64,000 nt of DNA. Origin: Eubacteriales bacterium (GTDB taxonomy: Bacteria; Bacillota; Clostridia; Oscillospirales; CAG-272). The DNA lies in the NCBI GenBank assembly GCA_045643725.1, contig JAZRFQ010000040.1, positions 3,945 to 67,944 of the forward strand, read 5' to 3'. Below are positions 26,037-35,157 of this stretch, piece by piece. The first letter of the stretch is position 1, and each line of letters begins with the position of its first letter. The notes below the pieces were generated by a model. It saw nothing but the letters and a program-made list of their open reading frames with translations, did no database searches and was not told the DNA's origin. The position numbers and the translations under genes were made by a program.

Positions 26037-27116
26037 TTATCTGTCCAGCTTCCAGGCCTTGCCGGTACGGAGAGGCGCCTTGAAGCGATCCTCCATACAG
26101 CCGCCCTTCTTCTCGAGCATAGAAACGCAGGCGCGGATGCATCCGCCGCACTTTGCCATATTGTAGCCGATCCAGCTGGGGAAGTACTTTGCAAGAGCGT
26201 TGTAGACGCGCATTATCTCGTGCTCGTCGGCGATGGGCTGCTTGCCCTCGAGAAGGTCGAGGTCGCCGTTCTCGTTCTCGTCAAAGACGCTCTTCGGCAC
26301 GAAGGGATTATAGTATCTGCCGGCGTGAGTGTAGAATGCGTAGCAACGCCACATATCGATGTCTCCCCACTCGCAGATCTTGCCGTCGAGGTCGATGCGG
26401 ATGGTCTTGCCCGAATTGATGGGAGGAATGCATCCGCCGGGGCACTCGCGCACGCAGGCGCCGCACTTACGGCAGAGAGGCTCGCCCGAGTACATCTCGT
26501 CGTACTCAAGCTCGGCATCGGTGAAGAGGAACGCGACTCTCTGCAGAGGGCCGAATTCGGGAGTGAGAAGCATCTTCGACCATCCGATCTCGCCGAGACC
26601 GCAGGCAACGGCGGCGATACGGAACTGGAACTGAAGATCCGGGGGAACGTTATCCTCGCGTGTGGATCTTGTGAACTGAACGCTTCTGTGATGAGCCGTA
26701 GAGGTCTTTGCGTTGTTGGAGATCTCTATCTGCTCCTCGGGCGAGAGGGTGTTTCCGGGCGAGCCGTCCATATCTGACACGCATCCGCGCGCACCGGTGT
26801 TACGATAGACGAATGCCTCGTAACCCTCGTCCTCGATGAGCTTACCGACGGTGTAGAGCACCGCGGGGGCGAAGATCTCGTTGATTCCGCCGTATGCCAT
26901 AGAGGGATACTGATAGAACTGTGTGCCCTCCTCGATTCCGCGCTGAACGCCGCGGGGAATTCTGAAGACGAAGCCGATACAGCTCTTCGCCTCGGGGAAG
27001 AGGAACTGCGGATTCATCTCGTCGGGCGCGCCGTTGAAGCGGCTCATAGGCGCGATGCCGCAGGCATCAGCTCCTGCCGCCAGGGCGATCTCCTTGATTT
27101 TCTGACTTGTAAGCAT
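26037..27116 (-). CDS. QueG/RdhA-superfamily-like Fe-S protein, paralog C
   Basis: IKEIALAAGADACGIAP, AVACGLGEIGWSKMLLTPEFGPLQRVAFLFTDAELEYD, CRKCGACVRECPGGCI, WRC and CGGCIRAC. The ATG at 27116-27114 overlaps the upstream stop (TAATG), so I prefer it to the track start at 27173. Confidence 0.6.
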   Translation of the reverse strand: MLTSQKIKEIALAAGADACGIAPMSRFNGAPDEMNPQFLFPEAKSCIGFVFRIPRGVQRGIEEGTQFYQYPSMAYGGINEIFAPAVLYTVGKLIEDEGYEAFVYRNTGARGCVSDMDGSPGNTLSPEEQIEISNNAKTSTAHHRSVQFTRSTREDNVPPDLQFQFRIAAVACGLGEIGWSKMLLTPEFGPLQRVAFLFTDAELEYDEMYSGEPLCRKCGACVRECPGGCIPPINSGKTIRIDLDGKICEWGDIDMWRCYAFYTHAGRYYNPFVPKSVFDENENGDLDLLEGKQPIADEHEIMRVYNALAKYFPSWIGYNMAKCGGCIRACVSMLEKKGGCMEDRFKAPLRTGKAWKLDR

Positions 27117-28135
27117 TATATTTCCTCCAATCTTACGATTGCTTTTTTGCATATTTCTCTGCAATAGCCGCACGCTGTGCAGTTTTTGTCACAGCCGAGC
27201 ACGGTTTTGGTGTAATTCTCGTCGATGCGCTCGTTCTCGATGATCTCAGGATAGAATACGCCCGAGTGATCGGGCTCGAGAAGCGCCGTCACCTGACCGC
27301 GATAGCTACCCTTGATATAGGCCTCGAGAAGTCGCGTGGGATTGGGATTGACTCGCGTCGCCAGCTTGATGCCGTCGAAGTAATCGGCAACGAGGTGCAG
27401 ATCCTCGGGGCGAATGAAGTTCGTCAGGCGCAGATATTCCTCGGTTTTACCCTTAAGGTAGCCGTGACAGATGCCCGAGAACTTGTAGGCGTTGTCGAGC
27501 TTCGCGATCTCGGCCTCGTGAGCCACGAGATTGTCGTGAAAGGCGTGAGCCGAGCAGTTATTGAGGCATCCGCTGTTGGCGAGCAGATAGAGTCCTTTGC
27601 CGTTTTTGTCGCACCACGCGCGAAGCTCATTTATCCTTGCGAGATCGCGGTTATACTCGCGCTTCATGTAGTAGCCGTCGAACCTGTCGGCGAGATAGTC
27701 CATGCCCTCCACCGTGCCGATCTCCATATTCACCGAGGCGCGAGTCTTGATGCCGTCGAAATTGTCCTTGATAAAGCCTGCGATAAGCGGCGAGGTGGTA
27801 GTCACCGACTCAAGACCGAACTCGGTGGCAATATAGTCGACCGTGTCGCCGATCTTCATAAAGAGCGAGCGCGAGAGGCTCTCGGCACCGTAGCAGTTGG
27901 CGTTGAAGAGCAGATTGAAGCGTAGTCCCTCGCCTGCGAGATAGCGAAGCGTCTCGATGAGCTTTGCCTCGGCCTCCCAGGGAAGCGTGCCCTCGCCTGC
28001 GGTCTGTGCGCTTCTGCCGCCGGGAAATGCGCCCCAGGAGAAGTAGACCTCGGAGATACTGTCCTTGTGTTCGACTATCTTTTCGATGAATCCGGGCTTC
28101 GGATTTATGGGAAGTCCAACGTTGAAGCGTGCCAC
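27116..28135 (-). CDS. TIM-barrel-like protein with a C-terminal Cys cluster; tentatively peptidase-U32 (UbiU/UbiV/TrhP-like) family
   Basis: GTG start at 28135 sits 8 nt after an AAGGAGG RBS. The N-terminus ARFNVGLP...ISEVYFSWGAFPGGRS and the internal Cys (NANCYG, SGCLNNCS, GICHG) are reminiscent of U32-type proteins. The C-terminus is CDKNCTACGYCREIC. The family call is tentative. Confidence 0.4.
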   Translation of the reverse strand: MARFNVGLPINPKPGFIEKIVEHKDSISEVYFSWGAFPGGRSAQTAGEGTLPWEAEAKLIETLRYLAGEGLRFNLLFNANCYGAESLSRSLFMKIGDTVDYIATEFGLESVTTTSPLIAGFIKDNFDGIKTRASVNMEIGTVEGMDYLADRFDGYYMKREYNRDLARINELRAWCDKNGKGLYLLANSGCLNNCSAHAFHDNLVAHEAEIAKLDNAYKFSGICHGYLKGKTEEYLRLTNFIRPEDLHLVADYFDGIKLATRVNPNPTRLLEAYIKGSYRGQVTALLEPDHSGVFYPEIIENERIDENYTKTVLGCDKNCTACGYCREICKKAIVRLEEI

Positions 28136-28175
28136 GGCACATCCTCCTTGAAAATGGCGAAATTTAAACATTCTA

Positions 28176-28205
28176 TTGACATTATATCACAGAATTTGCT
28201 ATAAT
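28176..28205 (+). promoter_or_regulatory. Sigma-A-type promoter of the AraC-family gene
   Basis: TTGACA, 18-nt spacer, TATAAT. The opposite strand carries TATAAT with a poor -35, as expected for an activator-dependent promoter. Confidence 0.6.
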
Positions 28206-28265
28206 AATAGCAGAAAAGCGACATATACTATAACAAATCAAACATTTTAGAAAGGAGGGCAGAGT

Positions 28266-29102
28266 ATGCTGTACAGGCTGAATCCTCTCGTGCGCTTCGT
28301 CGGCGCGGTCAAGGTCGGCGAGGCAAACACTCATACGCGCGTGGGACGAGACAACAGAATGTTCTATTTCACCTCGGGTAAGGCGACGCTGGTCGTGGGC
28401 GGCAGAGCATACTCGGTGGCGAAGCACACCCTTGCCTTTGTGCCCTCGTATACAGAGTATAGATTCGAGCTTCGCGGCGATGACGTGACGCTGATATGCA
28501 CCAATTTTGACGTCACTGCAGACGAGAGCCGCGTCGAGACTCACGAGAAGCCGATAGAGCTCTCCTCCTGGGATGGTGTGCGGCGAGGCGAGGAGCTCCC
28601 ACACGAGTTCTCGCGTCCCATCATCATCAAGGACGCCGAGTCCGTCGCAAAGGACGTGGCGAGACTCTACAAGATATTCTTCGCCGGCGAGGATTACTAT
28701 GCCGATTTTGCCTCGCTCTATATGAAGAAGATTCTGCTCTTCGCCCTGACTCGCGGCGGCGACGAGCGACCTGCAGGCTCTGCCGAGCGTGCGGTGGAGT
28801 ACATCAGAGAGAACTTCCGCGAGCGCATCACGGCCGCCGAGCTTGCAAGGCATCTCGGCTACCACCCGAATCACCTGAACCGCGTTGTCAAGGCCTACAC
28901 GGGAATGACCTTGAAGAGCTATCTCATCGCCACGCGAATCGCGGCGGCAAAGGAGATGCTCGCCTCGGGCGACGCGCCGATCACCGATATTTCCGAGAGC
29001 TGCGGCTTCTCCACGCCCTCCTATTTCAGCGAGCTTTTTCTGCGTAGCGAGGGCATTACGCCGAGAGAATACAGAAAGAAGATGAGGAGCATTATAATAT
29101 GA
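28266..29102 (+). CDS. AraC-family transcriptional regulator (cupin-like N-terminal domain plus a double HTH)
   Basis: The C-terminus is ITAAELARHLGYHPNHLNRVVK...ITDISESCGFSTPSYFSELF...GITPREYR. It is divergent from the Fe-S operon. Confidence 0.85.
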   Translation: MLYRLNPLVRFVGAVKVGEANTHTRVGRDNRMFYFTSGKATLVVGGRAYSVAKHTLAFVPSYTEYRFELRGDDVTLICTNFDVTADESRVETHEKPIELSSWDGVRRGEELPHEFSRPIIIKDAESVAKDVARLYKIFFAGEDYYADFASLYMKKILLFALTRGGDERPAGSAERAVEYIRENFRERITAAELARHLGYHPNHLNRVVKAYTGMTLKSYLIATRIAAAKEMLASGDAPITDISESCGFSTPSYFSELFLRSEGITPREYRKKMRSIII

Positions 29103-29917
29103 TGGACAATAAAGATAAAAGGCTTCTCGACGAGGTCGGACTCTCCGCCGAGGCGATCGAGAACGATCTCGCCCAAAAGGGCATTTCTATTCCGCATATC
29201 GATGTGGTATGGGAGAGCGCGTCTACCAATCGCACCGCCGAGGAGTACTCGCGCACCCATAGCGAGACGGCGGTTTTCATCGCCGACGGACAGACGGCAG
29301 GCCGCGGCAGACGCGGCAGGAGCTTTGCCTCGCCTCACGGCGCAGGAATCTATATGAGTATTCTCCTTTGCCCGAATGAGAGCCTTTCCGACCTGACCGC
29401 CGTCACCACCTTTACCGCCGTGGCGGTATGCCGCGCCATAGAGCGCGTGTGCGGCCTTTCTGCCGACATAAAATGGGTGAATGACGTCTACTATAAGGGT
29501 AAAAAGCTCGGCGGAATCCTCACCGAGGGCGCACTTGCCGAGGATATGAGGACGGCGAGATACGTCATAGTCGGCATCGGCCTCAACGTGCTTTGTGCCG
29601 ATATGCCCGAGGAGCTTCGCGACATAGCTCTGTCCATTGAGGAGGCATGCGGCAGGGTATGCGACCGCAATCTATTGATAGTCGAGATCATATCCGAGTT
29701 TATGGGCGGACTTGCCTCGCTCGGCTCGTCCGAGATACGCGATGAGTACAAGCGCAGATGCTTCCTCATTGGCCGCGAGGTCACGGTGCACAGGCTCGAC
29801 CGAAGCTATCCCGCCATCGTCACAGACGTTGCCGAGGATATGTCGCTCCTTCTGCGTCTGTCCGACGGAAACACCGAGAAACTTAACACGGGTGAGGTCA
29901 GCGTGCGAGAAAAGTAA
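29099..29917 (+). CDS. birA: Biotin--[acetyl-CoA-carboxylase] ligase, class I (no N-terminal HTH)
   Basis: GQTAGRGRRGRSF, KWVNDV and KKLGGILTE motifs. At 272 aa it has no room for a wHTH domain. It overlaps the araC-type gene by ATGA. Confidence 0.85.
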   Translation: MMDNKDKRLLDEVGLSAEAIENDLAQKGISIPHIDVVWESASTNRTAEEYSRTHSETAVFIADGQTAGRGRRGRSFASPHGAGIYMSILLCPNESLSDLTAVTTFTAVAVCRAIERVCGLSADIKWVNDVYYKGKKLGGILTEGALAEDMRTARYVIVGIGLNVLCADMPEELRDIALSIEEACGRVCDRNLLIVEIISEFMGGLASLGSSEIRDEYKRRCFLIGREVTVHRLDRSYPAIVTDVAEDMSLLLRLSDGNTEKLNTGEVSVREK

Positions 29918-29930
29918 ACTATAGTTTACA
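29913..29930. repeat. 18-bp palindrome family copy (AGTAAACTATAGTTTACA)
   Basis: The birA stop codon TAA (29915-29917) lies inside the left arm. Confidence 0.7.
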
Positions 29931-30003
29931 AACAGATAGCATAACCAAATGAAAACCGCAGAAAACACCATTACATAAAAAGGCGAAAAACTCCGTCGCG
30001 CCC

Positions 30004-30032
30004 TTGACTTGCGCGCGAGAATATGATAAAAT
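30004..30032 (+). promoter_or_regulatory. Sigma-A-type promoter of galT-HAD
   Basis: TTGACT, 17-nt spacer, TAAAAT. Confidence 0.65.
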
Positions 30033-30074
30033 AAAATCTCAATTAAGTGCTATTCGTAAAAAGGGAGAAAACAA

Positions 30075-31568
30075 ATGAGCATTAACAGAGCAATAACCGA
30101 GCTTATCGATTACGCCGTAGAGTGCGGACTCGTCGACGTATGCGACAGAGCCTATATTACCGGCAGAGTTATGCATCTTTTTGCGCTTGACGACTATGAG
30201 CTCGATCACGCAGAGATGAGCCGCCCTCTCTATCAGATACTTGACGATCTGTGCGACTACGCCGCAGAGGCGGGACTCATCGAGCACAACTCGGTGGTAT
30301 ACCGCGACCTCTTCGACACCGAGATCATGGGCACGCTCGTTGACCGTCCATCCTGCGTTATCTCCAAGTTTGAGGCGCTCTATAAGACCTCGCCCGAGGC
30401 GGCAACCGACTACTTCTACAAGCTCGCCTGCGACTCCAACTATATAAGACGCGACAGAATCGCAAAGGATCTCAAGTGGACAGCCCCCTCCGAGTACGGC
30501 GACATCGACATCACCGTCAATCTCTCCAAGCCAGAGAAGGATCCCAAGGCCATCGCCGCCGCAAAGAAGCTCGCGCAGTCGGGCTACCCGAGGTGCGTTC
30601 TCTGCCACGATAACGAGGGCTACGCCGGCACGGTTGCGAAAGCACCGAGAGCCAACCTCCGTCAGATCCCCTTCGATATGGCAGGCGCGGATTGGTATCT
30701 CCAGTATTCTCCCTACGTTTACTATAACGAGCATTGCATCGCCCTCTCGGCAAAGCACGAGCCGATGCAGATAAACTCGGCCACGTTTGATAAGCTTCTC
30801 GGCTTCGTCGAGCATTTCCCTCACTATTTCATCGGCTCCAATGCCGATCTTCCCATCGTTGGCGGTTCGATCCTCGTCCACGATCATATGCAGGGTGGAC
30901 GCTATGAGTTCGCGATGGAGCGCGCGGCAAAGAAGCGCGATATTAGCTTTGCAGGCTTCGAGGACGTTGAGGCCTCGATCCTCAAGTGGCCGATGTCGGT
31001 CATTCGTATCTCCTCGACCGACAAGTCTCGCCTTGCGGCTCTCGCATCCAAGATCCTCGCCGCCTGGCGCAGCTACACCGACGAGTCGGCGTTCATTCTT
31101 GCCGAGACCGACGGCGAGCCTCACAACACCATAACTCCCATCGCGCGCCGCCGCGGCGAGCGCTTTGAGCTCGACCTCGTGCTCCGTAACAATATCACCA
31201 CCGACGAGCATCCTCTCGGCGTTTATCATCCACACGCAGAGCATCATAACATCAAGAAGGAGAATATCGGCCTCATCGAGGTTATGGGACTTGCCGTTCT
31301 CCCCGCAAGACTCAAGGAGGAGATCGCCCTGATGTGCCGCGCTATAGCCGACGGCACGCCCTTCGCCGAGATTCCCGAGATAGAGAAGCACGCGGCGTGG
31401 TTCGATGCCTTCAAGGCAAATTGCGACCTCACCGCCGAGACCGCCGAGGATATCATCAAGACCGAGATCGCCAGAACCTTCGTCAGAGTTCTCTCCGACG
31501 CAGGCGTATACAAGGATACTGCCGACGGCGAGGCGGCGTTTATGCGCTTCGTCGACAGCGTGATCTGA
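30075..31568 (+). CDS. galT: UDP-glucose--hexose-1-phosphate uridylyltransferase (type 2, Firmicute form)
   Basis: 497 aa with CVLCHDNEGY, YSPYVYYNEHCI and GGSILVHDHMQGG motifs. Confidence 0.9.
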   Translation: MSINRAITELIDYAVECGLVDVCDRAYITGRVMHLFALDDYELDHAEMSRPLYQILDDLCDYAAEAGLIEHNSVVYRDLFDTEIMGTLVDRPSCVISKFEALYKTSPEAATDYFYKLACDSNYIRRDRIAKDLKWTAPSEYGDIDITVNLSKPEKDPKAIAAAKKLAQSGYPRCVLCHDNEGYAGTVAKAPRANLRQIPFDMAGADWYLQYSPYVYYNEHCIALSAKHEPMQINSATFDKLLGFVEHFPHYFIGSNADLPIVGGSILVHDHMQGGRYEFAMERAAKKRDISFAGFEDVEASILKWPMSVIRISSTDKSRLAALASKILAAWRSYTDESAFILAETDGEPHNTITPIARRRGERFELDLVLRNNITTDEHPLGVYHPHAEHHNIKKENIGLIEVMGLAVLPARLKEEIALMCRAIADGTPFAEIPEIEKHAAWFDAFKANCDLTAETAEDIIKTEIARTFVRVLSDAGVYKDTADGEAAFMRFVDSVI

Positions 31569-31569
31569 T

Positions 31570-32328
31570 ATGGGCAGATACGACGGAATCCTCATAATGT
31601 CGGATTGGGACGGCACGCTCTTTGCAGACGGCACGGTCACCGAGGACAATTGCGAGGCTATCCGCAGATTTCAGGACGAGGGCGGACTTTTCACCGTCTG
31701 CTCGGGGCGAAACAGCACTCATTTTGACAAATTTCGGCATTTTCTCACGCCTAATGCCCCGATCTGCGCTTACAACGGCGCTCTGATCGTCGATACCGAC
31801 GGCAGAGTTATCCTTGAGAGCTTTATGGGCGAGGACGTTCTCTCTATGGCGAGGACGGTCATCGAAAATCGAGTATTCCCGAAGATGTGTATATACACCA
31901 AGGAAAAGGGCGGGCCGATCCTCTGTGACCTCGAGGATTTTTGCCGCAATTTCGATAAATACACCGCGCTTCACCACTACAAGCTGGTCTTCGTCGGCGA
32001 GAGCGAGGAGCAGACTCTCCTCGGCCGCGAATATATAAACGGCATCCTCCCCGAGGGCTACGTTGCCCTGCGGAGCTGGCCAACGGGGCTTGAGATACTT
32101 CGCGCCTCGGCAACGAAGGATAAGGCCCTGGCATTTTTGAAGGCTCACACGGGCGCGCGACTCGTTGTCGCCGCAGGCGACTTTGAGAACGATGCCGAGA
32201 TGCTCGCCGCCGCAGATATCGGCTACGCCGTGGCAAACGCCGTGCCGATCACCAAGGCCTCGGCAGACAGACTCACCGTCAGCGCCGCCGAGTCGGCAAT
32301 CGCGAGAATTATCGACGAGCTTGCCTAG
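31570..32328 (+). CDS. HAD-IIB (Cof-type) phosphatase
   Basis: Nucleophile motif IMSDWDGTL, SGR and GDFENDAEM. Starts 2 nt after the galT stop. Confidence 0.75.
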   Translation: MGRYDGILIMSDWDGTLFADGTVTEDNCEAIRRFQDEGGLFTVCSGRNSTHFDKFRHFLTPNAPICAYNGALIVDTDGRVILESFMGEDVLSMARTVIENRVFPKMCIYTKEKGGPILCDLEDFCRNFDKYTALHHYKLVFVGESEEQTLLGREYINGILPEGYVALRSWPTGLEILRASATKDKALAFLKAHTGARLVVAAGDFENDAEMLAAADIGYAVANAVPITKASADRLTVSAAESAIARIIDELA

Positions 32329-32478
32329 CCTCTCGCTTGTGTACTTTTGACAAAAATAAAATAGAAACTTCTACGCCTAAAATAAGGCGTTTTCATTGAC
32401 ACCACGGCGCTTTTGTGGTAAAATTATTAGGTAAACGTATGCGCTAATCGCGCAACTATTTTCGGAAGGAATTTTAAA

Positions 32479-33135
32479 ATGAAAAAGAGTATAGCACTTA
32501 TTTTATCTCTGGTCTTCGTTTTCTCGGCGATGATCGGCGTGATTCCCGCTACCGCGGAGGGCGAGGCTACCCTTGAGATCACTCACGCGAAGCTCGAGCT
32601 TGGCAACGCGCCCTATCTTTATTTTGCAGTTAACTACAGCGACTTTGGTTCCTATGAGGGCATTCAGCTGAAGGTTACGAACAAGAAGACCAACAACACT
32701 CACATCTACGAGCCTCTCGCCGACGTAGAAGCTCCCGAGGGATGCGTAGCATTCAAGTACACCGCTATCAACTGGCAGCAGATGGGCGACGAGCTCACCG
32801 TTCAGGCAATGAAGGACGGACAGAACTGCGGAGAGGCCGAGACCTACAGCGTTCTCGAGTACGCGCTCAAGGCGCAGAGCCGCGGCGACGAGCTCTTCTC
32901 CGAGCTGATGGTTGCTATGCTCAACTACGGCGCAAATATGCAGAACGTTATGAAGCACGCAGGCACCTACGACCTCTTCAAGACCTACTCTCTCGTTGAG
33001 GTGCAGGGCGGCAAGATCAACAAGGAGAGCAAGATCATCGTTGAGCGCGGTGCGAATGTTACCGCAAGCTTCTTCGGCGGCGCGACCTCCTCAGTTACTA
33101 CCACCGATCCCTATCACTTGATCAAGGCGCAGTAA
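32479..33135 (+). CDS. Secreted hypothetical protein
   Basis: Signal peptide MKKSIALILSLVFVFSAMIGVIPATAEG. Own promoter and terminator. I recognise no family. Confidence 0.5.
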   Translation: MKKSIALILSLVFVFSAMIGVIPATAEGEATLEITHAKLELGNAPYLYFAVNYSDFGSYEGIQLKVTNKKTNNTHIYEPLADVEAPEGCVAFKYTAINWQQMGDELTVQAMKDGQNCGEAETYSVLEYALKAQSRGDELFSELMVAMLNYGANMQNVMKHAGTYDLFKTYSLVEVQGGKINKESKIIVERGANVTASFFGGATSSVTTTDPYHLIKAQ

Positions 33136-33147
33136 TTTTTCTGCAAG

Positions 33148-33177
33148 AAAAAAGTCTCCCGCGAGGGAGACTTTTTT
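33148..33177. terminator. Bidirectional terminator between the secreted-protein gene and the LRR gene
   Basis: GTCTCCC-GCGA-GGGAGAC stem flanked by A6 and T6 runs. Confidence 0.85.
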
Positions 33178-33185
33178 GTTTTATC

Positions 33186-34940
33186 TTATTTTGCGCCAAA
33201 GGTGACGAGCGACTTATCGTGAATCCAATTGGCGTCCCAGTTTGCAGGTTGTGCATCTGCCTCGCAGAGCACCTCGGTGATGCCCGAGTCATTAAAGACG
33301 TTTTTGCCCATATATTTAACGCTCGCAGGAATGACGATGCTCTTGAGCGCTGCCGTGCCGTAGAAGGCGGAGTTACCTATTTTTGCGAGAGTATCGGGCA
33401 GGTCGATGCTATCGAGCATTCGGCACAATGCGAATGCGTCAGCGCCGATCTCGGTGGTTTTAGAGGAGAGATTCACCCTCGTGAGCGAGAGGCAACCGAA
33501 GAATGCCCCGTCGGGAATGACGGTCACGCCCTCGGCGATGGTGATGCTCTCAAAACCTAACTCGGTAAAGGCATTTGCGGCGAAGCACTTGGTGTCGGGA
33601 TGCATGGTGAAGTTGGTGTCACCGTTGGTGATCTCTACGAGTGCGACGTAGGGATTCTGCGCGTTGCCGAGATAGCTCGCGCCGCCGTAGGAGGTATAGC
33701 TATCGAGAGCCGAGCAGTCGAAGAATGCGCCTGCGCCGAGCTTGGTTAGGCTATCGGGAATATCGCAGGCCATAAGAGCGGTACAGCCGTCAAATGCGCT
33801 CGCGCCAATGGCCGTGATGCCCTCGGACATATAGACCGCCTTGAGCTTTGTGCAGGCAGAGAATGCAGATGCGGGAATCTCGGACAGACCGCTACCGATA
33901 CGCACGAGGTTAAGGGCGGCGCATCCGGCGAAGGTCTGCTCGCCCATCGAGGTGACAGAATCGGGAATTGTGAGCTCGGTTATGGCGTCGCATCTCGAGA
34001 ATGCCGTCTTGCCGATGGTCGTCACCGTGCTCGGGATCTCAAACTTGCCCGAGAATGCCTGCCAGCAGCCTGCAAAGGCGCTCTCGCCGATGGTGGTGAG
34101 ATTCGTCGGCAGGTTGATGACCTCAAGAGAGAAGCAGCCTGCAAAGGTGTAGGCCTTGATCTCGGTCAGTCCTGTGGGGAAGTCCACCGCGCCGAGGAGC
34201 ATACAGTTCTCGAAGGCGGCCTCGCCGACCTCCTTGACGGATTCGGGGAGATGAACGTACTCCATATAAAGACAGTTTTTGAAGGCGGATGCGCCGACGT
34301 ACTCGAGTCCCTCATAGAGAGTGACCGAGCCGAGAGAGGGCGCGCCAATAAAGGCCTCGTCGGAGATGACCCTCAGCGACTCGGGGAAGCTTATCGTGAG
34401 CAGATGCTCGCTGTTTGTGAATGCGTGGGGTGCGATGATCTTGAGTCCCTCGGGCAGAGACGTAGCGAGTCTGTCCTCTGCATCGGTGTAGGATACGAGC
34501 AGGAGGTAGGGGCTCTTCGTGTTGCCAAGATAGAGGCCGCCGTCCACTTCGTTATATTTGAGGCCGGTACAGCCCTCGAACGCCGACTTGCCAACGCGGA
34601 TAAGGCTGTTTGGCAGCTCGATCTTCGTGAGGCTCGAGCAATCCTTGAATGCCTCATCTGCGAGGGCGAGGACGGGCTTGCCGTCTACCTCGGAGCGCAC
34701 GGTAGCTCCCGTGATGTCGGTGCTTGCCGCCGATGCGACGTAGCCGCCGAGGGAGTCGCTGTATTCATATTTTACGCCGCCTATCGCAACGCTTCTGCCG
34801 TGCATAATAAGGCCGACGGCACATCCGACAGCGAGGATAGCTACGGCAAGGGCGATGATGACTATCGTCTTCGTGTGATCGCCGACAAAGCGCGTGATCG
34901 CGGTCTTTCCGTGTGTTTCTTTTGCGGTTTTCTTACTCAT
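33186..34940 (-). CDS. Membrane-anchored BspA-type leucine-rich repeat protein
   Basis: N-terminal TM helix, then more than 15 repeats of about 23 aa (IP.SV..IG..AF..C..L..V.L). Confidence 0.8.
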   Translation of the reverse strand: MSKKTAKETHGKTAITRFVGDHTKTIVIIALAVAILAVGCAVGLIMHGRSVAIGGVKYEYSDSLGGYVASAASTDITGATVRSEVDGKPVLALADEAFKDCSSLTKIELPNSLIRVGKSAFEGCTGLKYNEVDGGLYLGNTKSPYLLLVSYTDAEDRLATSLPEGLKIIAPHAFTNSEHLLTISFPESLRVISDEAFIGAPSLGSVTLYEGLEYVGASAFKNCLYMEYVHLPESVKEVGEAAFENCMLLGAVDFPTGLTEIKAYTFAGCFSLEVINLPTNLTTIGESAFAGCWQAFSGKFEIPSTVTTIGKTAFSRCDAITELTIPDSVTSMGEQTFAGCAALNLVRIGSGLSEIPASAFSACTKLKAVYMSEGITAIGASAFDGCTALMACDIPDSLTKLGAGAFFDCSALDSYTSYGGASYLGNAQNPYVALVEITNGDTNFTMHPDTKCFAANAFTELGFESITIAEGVTVIPDGAFFGCLSLTRVNLSSKTTEIGADAFALCRMLDSIDLPDTLAKIGNSAFYGTAALKSIVIPASVKYMGKNVFNDSGITEVLCEADAQPANWDANWIHDKSLVTFGAK

Positions 34941-35062
34941 TGAGCACTCCGTATAAAATAAATTAACGTAAACATTATAGCATCAAGCAGGCGATTTGTC
35001 AATCGCTTTTGAGCCTCGCTCGCGCTCGCGGGAGAAAATTTACACTCGCCTTAAGATATCGC

Positions 35063-35092
35063 TTGACAAACACCCTTTAGAAGATATATAAT
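35063..35092 (+). promoter_or_regulatory. Sigma-A-type promoter of copA
   Basis: TTGACA, 18-nt spacer, TATAAT. The 18-bp palindrome at 35125-35142 lies in the leader. Confidence 0.65.
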
Positions 35093-35124
35093 TTTAGTGT
35101 AAAAAGCCTTCAAAAAGTGCATAA

Positions 35125-35142
35125 TGTAAACTATAGTTTGCA
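35125..35142. repeat. 18-bp palindrome family copy (TGTAAACTATAGTTTGCA)
   Basis: Lies in the copA leader, between the promoter and the RBS. Confidence 0.7.
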
Positions 35143-35157
35143 AAAAACGGAGGAAAA

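Noticed and set aside
29913-29930. The TGTAAAC...GTTTACA palindromes as BirA operators, given their resemblance to the TGTAAACC/GGTTTACA arms of E. coli bioO.
   Set aside because: The BirA encoded here is a short class I ligase without a DNA-binding wHTH. The arm spacing (4-6 nt) is far shorter than in bioO, and none of the sites precedes a biotin gene.
35125-35142. The palindrome in the copA leader as a CsoR or CopY copper-repressor operator.
   Set aside because: It matches neither the CopY box (TACAnnTGTA) nor the GC-rich CsoR pseudo-palindrome (TACCC...GGGTA). The same 18-bp motif also occurs at pyr, holA, birA, cysK and Fe-S operon loci unrelated to copper. It is kept as a generic palindrome family.
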